NCBI RefSeq assembly: GCF_009914755.1
Contig: NC_060928.1
From: the human T2T-CHM13v2.0 reference genome, Homo sapiens
Direction: 5' to 3' (one strand)
Length of the DNA stretch: 64,000 nt
Shown: positions 54,027 through 64,000 of the stretch, piece after piece
Numbering within the stretch: position 1 is the stretch's first letter
How the letters are laid out: every line of letters starts with the position of its first letter
Notes under the pieces: generated by a model
Seen by the model: only the letters and a program-made list of their open reading frames with translations
The model's database searches: none
Told to the model about the DNA's origin: nothing
Translations under genes and position numbers: made by a program

Positions 54027-54179
54027 CAATGTTACTTTCACTGTTTGCCCACTTTACAAACAACCTCCACATGTGATTTCATAACTATCTTGACACAAGG
54101 GAAGTATCTTATATGCCTGTTTTCCAGATGGAAAAAATTGAGTCTCAGAGACTTTGTGTTACTTGCCAGTTGAGTGGGT

Positions 54180-54537
54180 TGTCTTAGTCCATTCAGGTTG
54201 CTACAGTGAAATCCTGTAAATTATGTAATTTATAAGCAACAGAAATATATTGCTCACAGTCCTGGAAGCTGGGAAGTTCCATATCAAGGTTCCAGCAGAT
54301 GTGGTGTCTGGTAAGGGCCTGTTCCTCACAGATGGCAATTTCTGGCTGCATCGTCACAGGGTAGAAGGGGCAAACACACTCCCTCAGGCCCCCTTTATAA
54401 TGGCACTAATCCCATTGATGGGGACTCCACTCTTTTGATCTAATCACCTTCGAAGGGCCCCACCTCTCAATACTATTGCAAAGGGGATTAGGTTTCAACA
54501 TATGACTTTGGAGGAGATAAATATTCATACTATAGAA
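54180..54537 (-). mobile_element. MLT1A-like solo LTR nested in a MIR
   Basis: tgtcttagtccattcaggttgctac...gctcacagtcctggaagctgggaagttcc...attaggtttcaacatatga. Confidence 0.88.
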
Positions 54538-54686
54538 ATGGCAGAGCAAAGACCCCCAAATGGAGCTTCTACAGCAAACAGCTAAAATTCTAAAGGGGGA
54601 AAAACATAAAATGTCACATGTAAACCATGTTTTTTATACATGTATATAGGGGTGTGTATGCTACAAATGGGCTGCGGATGAGAAAA

Positions 54687-55097
54687 TATATTAGCCTGAA
54701 CTTGCATTGCTACAAAGAAATACATGAGACTGGGTAATTTACAAGAAAATAGGTTTAATTAGCTCAAAGTTCTGCAGGCTGTACAGGAAGCATGGTGCTG
54801 GTATCTGCTTGGCTTCTGGGGAGGCCTCAGGAAACTTATAATCATACCAAAAGGTGAAGGGGGAGCAGGCACATCACATGGCCAGAGCAGGAGGAAGAGA
54901 GCAAAGGGGAAGGTGCCACACACCTTTAAATGACCAGAACTCACTTACAAGAACTCACTATTGCAAGAACTGTACCAAGGGATTTCATGAGAAATCCACC
55001 CCCATGATCCAATGACCTCCCACTAGGCTCCACTTCTAACATTGGGGATTACAACTGAACATGAGATTTGGATGGGACACAGATCCAAACCATGGCA
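54687..55097 (-). mobile_element. MSTB-like solo LTR
   Basis: ttctgcaggctgtacaggaagcatggtgctggtatctgcttggcttctggggaggcctcagg...gacacagatccaaaccatggca. Confidence 0.92.
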
Positions 55098-55162
55098 GAA
55101 GGACTCTCAACTTTTGTAGTAACCTTTTTTTTCTGGGAAAACTGTCATTTACAAGTTGCAAA

Positions 55163-55259
55163 CATCCTAGCTACTCGGGAGGCTGAGGCATAAAAATTGT
55201 TTGAGCTTAGGAGTTCAAATCCAGTCTGAGCAACATAGGGAGACCTCATCTCAAATAAA
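55163..55259 (+). mobile_element. FLAM-like Alu monomer fragment
   Basis: atcctagctactcgggaggctgaggc...ggagttcaaatccagtctgagcaacatagggagacctcatctcaaataaa. Confidence 0.8.
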
Positions 55260-56008
55260 GTGCAAATAATTTCCTTCCCTCTTAGAACTACAAACTCAAC
55301 TTTATTTTTGAGGCAAATTCCCTCTATGTTCTGAGATTTAAAAAACCATTTGATACAGCCCCACTTAGTTATGCAAATAGACTTGTTTTCCCTTGAATGT
55401 CTTCCACCTCCAAACCTTAAAAGCAGAATAATAACCTCAGGGCACATGATCCTCATACTTACAGTGGAGGGTTAACTGTGTGCATACAGTGAAGCACTGG
55501 AGGCTCCCAAAGATCATCTTTTTGGAAGTCTGGGTTCACTGCCCTTTGCTGGCATTTGTGGAGACAGCCTGTAGGGCAGCTTAAGAGTACCTTCCACTCA
55601 GCCCTAGGAACTCCCTGCCACATGTAAGGGAGGCTCCTCCCCAGTAGGGTGGATGGGGTTACATTATGTTAAAGATTAGATTAGGGTGAAAAAGATGAAA
55701 AGTTTTCAGTGTGTGTGTGAGAATTTTCCTCTGAAGGAGTTTTTCTCACTTTGGGAGCTACAGGTCTCGACCATACTCAGCATTTGGAGTATATTTCAGC
55801 TCAAAATACATGCATCGAAAGGAAACTTTGTACTGGTCCACAAGATCCAGAGAGGCTATCCTCAAAATTTTTTTTTACTTCTTCTTTTAAATAAGATAAA
55901 GTCATGGTGCCCACTTAATGCCAGTCTTGGATTTTATTTTCAACTTTTTATTGCTTCAAAAAGATTCACTGCTATGAATCCCTGAATAAAAGCAATATAG
56001 CATTATTA

Positions 56009-56088
56009 TTAGTTTGGTACAAAACTAATTGCAATTTTTGCCATCGCTTTTTATGCCAAAAACTGCAATCACTTTTTCACCAACCTAA
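56009..56088. mobile_element. MADE1 (Hsmar1-derived MITE)
   Basis: 80 bp palindrome ttagtttggtacaaaactaattgc...gcaatcactttttcaccaacctaa with TA on both sides. Confidence 0.95.
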
Positions 56089-56357
56089 TAGAAGATATTG
56101 AAGTATTATAAAATTACTAGCTGCCAATAGATGAATTTGCACAATATCCCAAGAACCAAGCCCCAGATGCTTTTCCTGACATTCGAACTCCTTCACATTC
56201 CAGCTCCTACTGACCGGTAACCCTCCTCTTTCTATCCTCAACATTGCTGCAACTAGCTTATCTGCAGTTTCATGACCAGGCCAGCATCCTTGGTCCCTGT
56301 TGGGCCTTTTCTCTCCCTGCCTTGAATACCTCATATCACCAAAAACTATTTGTCCTC

Positions 56358-56724
56358 TGTATTAGTCCGTTTTCACGTGACTAGTAAAGACATATCCAAG
56401 ACTGGGTAATTTGTAAAGAACAGAGGTTTAATTGACTCAGAGTTCCACATGGCACGGGAGGCCTCACAGTCATGGCGGAAGGCAAAAGGCATGTCTTACA
56501 TGGCATCAGGCAAAGAAAGAATGTGAGCCAAGTGAAAGGGGTTTCTCTTTATAAAACCATCAGATATCCTCTTGTGAGAGTTATTCACTACCATGAGAAC
56601 AGTGTGGGGGAAACCGTCTTCATGATTCAATGATCTCCCACTGGGTCCCTCTCACAACACATGGGAATAATGGGAGCTACGATTCAAGATGGGATTTGGG
56701 TGGGGACACAGCCAAACCATGTCA
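56358..56724 (-). mobile_element. THE1B-like solo LTR nested in L2
   Basis: tgtattagtccgttttcac...aagactgggtaattt...gggtggggacacagccaaaccatgtca. Confidence 0.95.
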
Positions 56725-56849
56725 CTCCTCTTTGGGGAGTTCTATCATTTGGGGTGCTCTGTCATTGCGTCTTCCCTCAACACTGAAATTACCTGCTTGA
56801 CTCTGCCTCCATTAGATGGAAAGTCCTTAAGAACCGGGACCCTTACGCG

Positions 56850-56941
56850 ACATACTCATGTAACAAACCTTGTACGTGTTACTCCCTAAATCAAAATAAA
56901 ATAAAATAAAATAAAGCAAAATGATAAAATAAAGTAAAAAA
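56850..56941 (+). mobile_element. very short L1P 3' tip with A-rich tail
   Basis: atactcatgtaacaaaccttgtacgtgttactccctaaatcaaaataaaataaaataaa. Confidence 0.7.
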
Positions 56942-57353
56942 CATGGACCACATCTAAGTATGTTTGCTGAAGAGATGAGTAGTATTCAAATTGTTTCTTG
57001 TGTGTCCTTTGACTTTTACAAACTGCTGCTGATCTAACTTATACAAAGGGCTTTCATACAAGACCTTAACCTCTTTTCAGTGTGGTACCTCAGGAGTCAC
57101 AAAGCCTCAAACCTGGCCTGAGAATGGTTGATATCTCTTCCTACTCAGCTTTGTTAAATGCCTGCTGAGAATGCTGACTGTCCTACTGAGAGGATTTTCT
57201 CTCAGTTATTTAAAGTTAAATAAAACTTTAAAAATCAGTGGTTCCTATACTTCCTTAAAAGAGAATTTTGGTTTTTGCTTAAAATGCCTTTCTTTCCTTC
57301 ACACACCTCTGTTTTAGACCCAAGAGATGTCTGCCCCAATAGGGCTTGGATAG

Positions 57354-57680
<327 letters not shown>

Positions 57681-57689
57681 TTGAATAAG

Positions 57690-58050
57690 CCTCTTTTGAA
57701 TGTAAGGGGCAGAAATGCCAACTCAAATTTGTCTAAACATATGGGAACATACTGCCTTCCTAAGAGAAAGGTGCAGGGACTTGGGCACAGCTGGATGTGG
57801 GCTGAAACTGACGTGCAGGACACATTTCTCTCCATCGCAGCCCTGCCTTCTACTCAGCTGGCTTCATTCTGAGCACCATATGGAGCCTCCAGGCCCACAT
57901 TATCATGCCAAGTTCATCAGAAAAAAAATAAAAAGTGCTTCCCTGAGAGCCTAAAGATCCTGGAATGGAGACTTCAGCTGTGATTGGCCTAAATTAGGCA
58001 AGGATTCACCCCTGAAGCCAACAGGAGCAAGAGGGGATACAACAACAACG
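57690..58050 (-). mobile_element. MLT1J/K/L-like LTR remnant
   Basis: cagaaatgccaactcaaatttgtctaaac...gcacagctggat...ctgtgattggcctaaattagg...cacccctgaagcca. Confidence 0.55.
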
Positions 58051-58801
58051 TGCTGACTGTCCAGTCTGGGTACTGTACAGTCTCAGAGCCCATATTGCAG
58101 TCAGGCCTCAGAAATCTTTAGGACTGTGTCGGAAAATGTGGGGCTCCAAGTGGCCGTCGCAGCACGCTTGTCAAAATAGCATTTGTCCAGTAAGGAGATT
58201 TCTTTCCATCTATTTGCAGCAATTTCTTGCTGTTTTAAAATCCAGATTTTGTTCCCCATTTCAAGTGTGAGATGAATCCCATACTTGAAACCAACATTCG
58301 AGGTATTCCATGAGCTTATTGAAGCTGACATTCCCACTGCTGATCCTGTAGCCCAAGGAAAGCCAAAGTGAGCTGTTTGGTGTTTTCCACATATCTCCAT
58401 ACTTTTCTGCATTGTTTTTTGGCCTAAATGTCTTCCCACTAATATCCTAAATTTTGATAGTTACATGGTATACCCATACTTCAATCTTAAGCCCAAATAC
58501 CACCTTCTTGATGATGAGTTCTATGATCCTTCCCAATTTAAACAATAAAAAATTGACTTCTGCCTCTGGATTCCATTAGTATTCTTCGCCAATACCTCTT
58601 TTACATAACTGAGTACTTTCTTCTTTGTATGCTAGTTATTTGTATTTTTGACCCTTATTTCCCCTACTTGACTTTGAATATGGGCTGATTATAATGAAAT
58701 TTTTATTGATTTCTTAGCTTCTAAATCACTCACCCTGGAGGAATGAGAGGAGGTAAAAACAAACCAGAGATGGAAGCCAGATGATCAATAACCTTATGTA
58801 A

Positions 58802-59171
58802 TGTATTAGTCCCATCTCACATCACTCTAAACAACTACCTGAGACTGGGTAATTTATAAAGAAATTGCCACACGGTTCTGCAGGCTTTACAGGAAGCATC
58901 ACTGGGGAGGCTTCAGAAAACTTACAATCATGGCAGAAGGTGAAGGGGAAACTAGCACATCCTACACGGCTGAAGCAGGAGGAAGGGAATGAGGGGGAAG
59001 GTGCAAAACATTTTTAAACAACCAGATCTCATGAGAACTCACAATCACAAGAACAGCAAGGGGGAAGTCCCCTCCCAGGATTCAATCACCTCCAACCGGG
59101 CCCCACCTCCAACAGTGTGGATTACAATTTGACATGAGATCTGAGTGGGGACACAGAGCCAAACCATAACA
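58802..59171 (-). mobile_element. MSTA-like solo LTR
   Basis: tgtattagtcc...ggttctgcaggctttacaggaagcat...aacaaccagatctcatgagaactcac...ggggacacagagccaaaccataaca. Confidence 0.92.
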
Positions 59172-59519
59172 TATGTCATAACAAGACATTTGAACTCGAT
59201 CTCAGAATCAGCGGTTTTGAACTAGTAAACCGGAATCATGAGCACCAGGGATGCTACAGTTATTTCCAAAGGCTCAAGCAGCCATCTATTCACCAAGCAT
59301 TGGCATTTCGACCTTAATTTTTCAAAGGTAAATGAATCAGTAGAAGACAAGTGAAGCATATCAGGTAAACAGTGAAGTCTTCAATGTCGACTGTAGCAAA
59401 GGGAGGGAGAGAAAATGGCAGCTTTAAGAGATATTTATAAAGTAGGATTTCCTGGATTTGGTAACTGATTGGATGTAAGTGATAAGAGAACAAACTATCT
59501 AGAACACTTCATATACTTA

Positions 59520-59800
59520 AGAAAAGACTCAGAGACATGGAAACGAAGAACATAGTCTCAACTCCAACAGTACTTTTTGCTATGTGACCTTGGATACATT
59601 TCTCATCATTCCTGTGCTTCAGTTTTCTTATCTGTAAAAGAAATATAATATAATATCTATCCCATAGGGTTGTTTTGATTACATATTGAAATAATCACAT
59701 AGAATTATTGCAGAAATTTTGTGAATTAGTGTACGTTAAGTGCTTAGGACAATATCTGTCTCATGGTAAATGCTTAGAAAGAAGTTTGCTAAATAAAGCA
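59520..59800 (+). mobile_element. MIR
   Basis: gctatgtgaccttggatacatt...ctgtgcttcagttttcttatctgtaaaa...aagtgcttaggacaatatctg. Confidence 0.8.
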
Positions 59801-59959
59801 AATATTCTATATCAGTTCCTGGTACAATCAACCTTCAGTAAATGTTTGTTAATACTATTATTAACAATAATAGTAGTAAATTAAGCAACATGATTTATAA
59901 AGGAATCGCAAACAGCAAATGATTTTTCAAAAGTGAAAACAAACGTGGGAAATTGATGA

Positions 59960-60540
59960 ATTCTACTTTGGACATCTAGCATTTAAGGTGACTCTTTGAC
60001 CTGAAGGTATTCCTAGATAGTTGAATATTTGAGCTTGATGTTGATGGCCAAGTAAGAAATGCAAATTTAGGATTGCTATCACAGCCAAATGTGTAGATAG
60101 AATCAACAGAATGGAGTTCAGAAAGTGAGAAAATTCCCAGGAGATGAAAATCTGAAGAGTAAACTGAGGAGAAGGGAACAGAAGAGAGATGAAGAGAGAT
60201 GTCCATGATAAGGAGTTTGATGATGATCTTTGCAAGGGGCTCCTTAGTGGAGTAAGAGGTGGGCTTGTCTCATTGGAAGCAACTAAAGGTGACTGAGACA
60301 TGCAGCAGAGCACTCACTGAATGCTGACTCCTCTTTCAATAATTCTACCAACAAAGAGTCAGAGCAACTTCGAAAGGGAAATGGAGAGAAAAGTAGATGA
60401 GAGGCTAAATAAAAGGGAGAAAGTTACCATGTATTCTAAGGATGAAGAATCAGTGGAGAGCGATGAAGTGAGGTCCAGGAAAGGGAGGGTACTATGGACA
60501 CAGTGACCCCTTGAGGAATATGTGAGTGGATAGTTGCCAG
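59960..60540 (-). mobile_element. L2 fragment
   Basis: ttctactttggacatctagcatttaaggtg...tagatagttgaatatttgag...aatggagttca. Confidence 0.65.
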
Positions 60541-60554
60541 AGGAGAGGTACGGT

Positions 60555-61194
60555 CAGGACTGGCTTCATGGGCATGCGACCCACGCAGTCTCACAGAGAC
60601 CTTCGCTCAGAAGAGCCATGTACTTGGTTTAAAGATTTGTGATTACTGTCTCAAAATATTTAATAATTTTATCTTTGATTTTTTTCTTGCAAGTAAAGTC
60701 CAGTGGGGCAATGGAGCATGGGATGGGGACAAGGAGCATTGGCAAATAACTGGTCCCACCTCCCCACTCCTTGGTATAGGTTCTTAGCTACGTACCAGGG
60801 CCCTAGAGCCCTCCTGGTGTTCCCTATCCATTCGACAACCACTTTCACCCTCTGACAAGGCAGGGGCCAGGTTGTGTTGATAGAGGAAGCCCTGTTTGCT
60901 ATCACCCTCTTGTCTCACTGGGAGCCAGAGCATGGAAAAGTTCAGGGTTGGGTGTCTGCCCTACAGCATCTTGGGGCAGGGCACGGCAGCGCAGGGGCTC
61001 AGTGGGCAATGCAGTGAAGGCCTCTCACTCATCTTTGACCCAGGTACCAAGTGCATTCCACCGTGCAGGTTGCAGTCACTAGAGAGTCTCCTGTCCATTG
61101 TGGATTGTGGCACCAGGCCATAGGAGAAAGACTGACTTCCTCTACTGGCACTTTCGTTTCTCCAGGGGCCCTGCAAAATATGTCACCAGCCCTG
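60555..61194. mobile_element. MER45B/C-like hAT-Tip100 element
   Basis: caggactggcttcatgggcatgcgacc...gctcagaagagcc...; ends ggggccctgcaaaatatgtcaccagccctg (CAGG...CCTG TIRs). Confidence 0.8.
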
Positions 61195-62689
61195 AGTAGA
61201 GTTAGGCTTGGCAAGAAGGTAGAACACTTTCTTTACTTCAGACGGAAAAGACCAAGGGATTCGCTGAAAATGAGTTCACAGGATGAGCAGGGCATACCTG
61301 CCAGCCTCTATCTTGTCTTTGTGGTACAAGCTTGGACAAACATTGAGGCAGGGGAGTTTGATGCCAGCAGGGCCATGCAGTTCAGTGGGGTTTAGAGGTA
61401 AGAGATCAAGATGGTACTGATGAAGCCACTGCACCCAACTCAGTCACTACTCATAGTAAGTGTTCTATAAATACCTGAATAAATAAATTAAAATGCTACC
61501 TCAGGAAAACAAACAACAAACAAAAAAACAAGGTGTAAGATATTGCTTGACCACACTAAACATAAGCACATTTCCAACCAATTTTAAATTCTCAATTTTG
61601 CTAGTTTTTAAAGTAGCCAAATTCTTTTCTTTTCCCCTCTGAATGTTTGAAAGAATATTTTAAAATAATGAATCATAATGTGTATTGGTTTCCCTCATTC
61701 TTTTATCAGATGTTCAATAAATATCCCATTGATTTGTTGACAGATTGATTGATCTTGAATTTCCATGGGCTGAGACCCCTTTTATGTCTAACATGCCATG
61801 TGCCTACCCCAGAGCCCCAGGAGAGAGTGAGTGTGGGATAGTCTCCTTCTTGCTCTAAGCGTGGAGAAGAAAGCTTGCACCACTCAGCAATTGGTGTTAT
61901 GCAGCCAAGTTCTCCTAATTCCCTTACCCCTGCTTTGCCTGGTGGACTCCTCTATGAGATCACTAAACTGCCTTCTGTCTGCACTATTTGAATTATTATT
62001 CCCTTTGCAATAATTTTCAGGAGTGGAGGACATTCATGGACACAGGGGAATTCTCACTTCAAATAAAGCATATCTTCTCTCAGTTAGAAACGGAAAGAAA
62101 AAAAAGGTGAGTGTATGTGTGAGGAAACCTGATGGCAAGGACTCAAGTCTCCAAGTGACAACCCCCAACTCCATGGGGGGATGAGTCATGCTTACTGAGC
62201 TCAGAAGCTGAACAGACTCCAACCCTGTGGGCAGCCCCTCTGTCTTAATTAAAGTCTCCTATGTCCCCACATCAATGGAGTGTGGGCGCCACTCTATAGA
62301 GGCAACCAGAGTGAGTGCGTGCTGGGCAAATGGCAGCTCGATTACACAAATCCCTGTGCTTGCAATGTGGTCCTGACCCAGGTTCTGAACTTGCACCTCC
62401 TGCTGCTGGCACCTGTTCGTGCTCCTCTCAGGTCTCCCTCTTGCTCCCTACTTCAGGCTGAGCCAAAGAATTAAGCCTCTCCTAAGACAGGCTTGGCCAT
62501 AAGGCAGCCCGGACATGAAGTCACATTCTACAGACTCCCAGTGGCACCGCTAGTGTGAGAGTTTCTTCGTGAAGGAAATTTCGATGATAAGTTAATTCTA
62601 TTGACAGACGGCCAGGAAATTGGTCAGGCCTACTATGGTCTTTAGATTCACTCTACTGGTGGCACTGCCTACATTTCCTCATAAATCAG

Positions 62690-62860
62690 AGGGTCTCAGA
62701 GTCCAAAGGAAACTTGGAAGAAGTGATGCTTTATGTTTGGAAAATTGAAGCACAGAGAGGTTGTATGACTTGCCTAAGTCACATAGCTAGTAACTGTGGA
62801 AGTCTAAATTCAAATTCAGGTACATCTGATTCCAACATAGGCTCTTTCTAATACACCAGA
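62690..62860 (-). mobile_element. MIR fragment
   Basis: gaaaattgaagcacagagaggttgtatgacttgcctaagtcacatagctagtaa...tctgattccaa. Confidence 0.8.
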
Positions 62861-64000
62861 GTCTCAAAATCTTGCCCCTTTAAAGATGTTTCAGGAATTC
62901 CAGAAACAATAGTGTTTTCCACCAAATAATAAAAAATGTTTTAAAATCAGTCATAAATAGTTCATCTCCTTTATCTATTTTTAATTGGAATTTATCAGGT
63001 TTCTATTCAAAGAAGTTTAAACAATATTACACTGACATGTGCTCAATGAAAATGAAATGATCCATGTTTTTGGAGTTAGTTGGCTGACTTAGAATTGGCC
63101 AACAGTACAACAGAATATAAAAAGAGCCTTGTTGGTTAAAGCATATGAACTGGGAATGCGCCGCACTCAGAAGTGGAGAGGGCCATGTGCTGCTAGATGC
63201 TGCCCTCAGGTTGGAGAAGAATTAACTCTGAGATCCCGCAGCCTTTGTGGAAGAGCGCCCCCTCCACCAAGGGTACACCTCCTCCCCATGGACAGCTCTC
63301 TTCCAGCGTCTCATCACTGGGTTCTGCCAGGGTACAGTGGCCTTAAGGGAACAACTCATCTCAGCCTCCCAGCTCCAGAGCCCCTGTGAGACGAGCTGAG
63401 AACTTTTTTGCAACTGCATTTCAGCCTAATTTTCCCTTCTGCTCAATTCTTCCTCCCCTACCCCCTCACACTCCCCAGGGAAGCACCTGCATGCGAACCA
63501 CAGAGTCTCAGTGTCTACTTCCTGCAGAATCTGACCTAAGTCAGGTGGGTGAAACTGTGCCACTTAGAACTGTAAGATCTGTTATTACTATTTTTAAACA
63601 GAAAATATTAAATCCAATATGCAGTGATTTAGAAAAGTAAAATATGTAGTCAAGCAGATTACTTAATAAATATATATATATATTTATTATATATAAAAAG
63701 ATGTTTATTTTTCTTTAAATTATAGGTCATATCCTTCAACTATGTGTATATTCTAGTTTTTTAAACTGAAAAAGATATTTTTAATAGAACTAAGCTTCAT
63801 TAACTGGATTATGTCTTCTACGATCAGTAATCACACCTGATAAAACATTGTTTTTTGGTCCCCTATTAGCCAAGCTACTCCCAGTCACCATGTGGTACCT
63901 ACAAGGTGCTGAGAGTGAGATAAACTCTATTTCAGTGTGACTAGCCCTCATCACTGGTAAAGATTCAACACTCGAAAAGGAAAAGGGACAGATAAGGTGA

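Overview
This is primate (human-like) genomic DNA: AT-rich, CpG-depleted, with no CpG island and no recognisable host protein-coding gene, so it is most likely intergenic or deep intronic. Much of it is transposon-derived: 8 dimeric Alus and 2 monomers, a ~7.5 kb ancient L1M, L1ME/L1MB/L1PB 3' ends, many L2/MIR/L3 remnants, MaLR and ERVL LTRs including a deleted THE1 provirus, and MER5A, Tigger1, MADE1 and MER45 DNA transposons. It also holds a rearranged U6 retrocopy and a ~760 bp TA/CA-rich VNTR. The supplied ORFs look like repeat-derived or chance frames. I cannot support a new gene system. The most unusual features not explained by repeats are (1) a 92 bp, 90/92-identical inverted duplication 1.5 kb apart (39389-39480 / 41013-41104), probably a templated insertion, and (2) an old ungapped ~109-146 bp direct duplication (7425 / 8472) that keeps AP-1 and NFI-type motifs and brackets a CLEAR box and a hairpin. 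Repeat subfamily names come from my recall of consensus sequences and need RepeatMasker/Dfam confirmation. Boundaries of old repeats are approximate.
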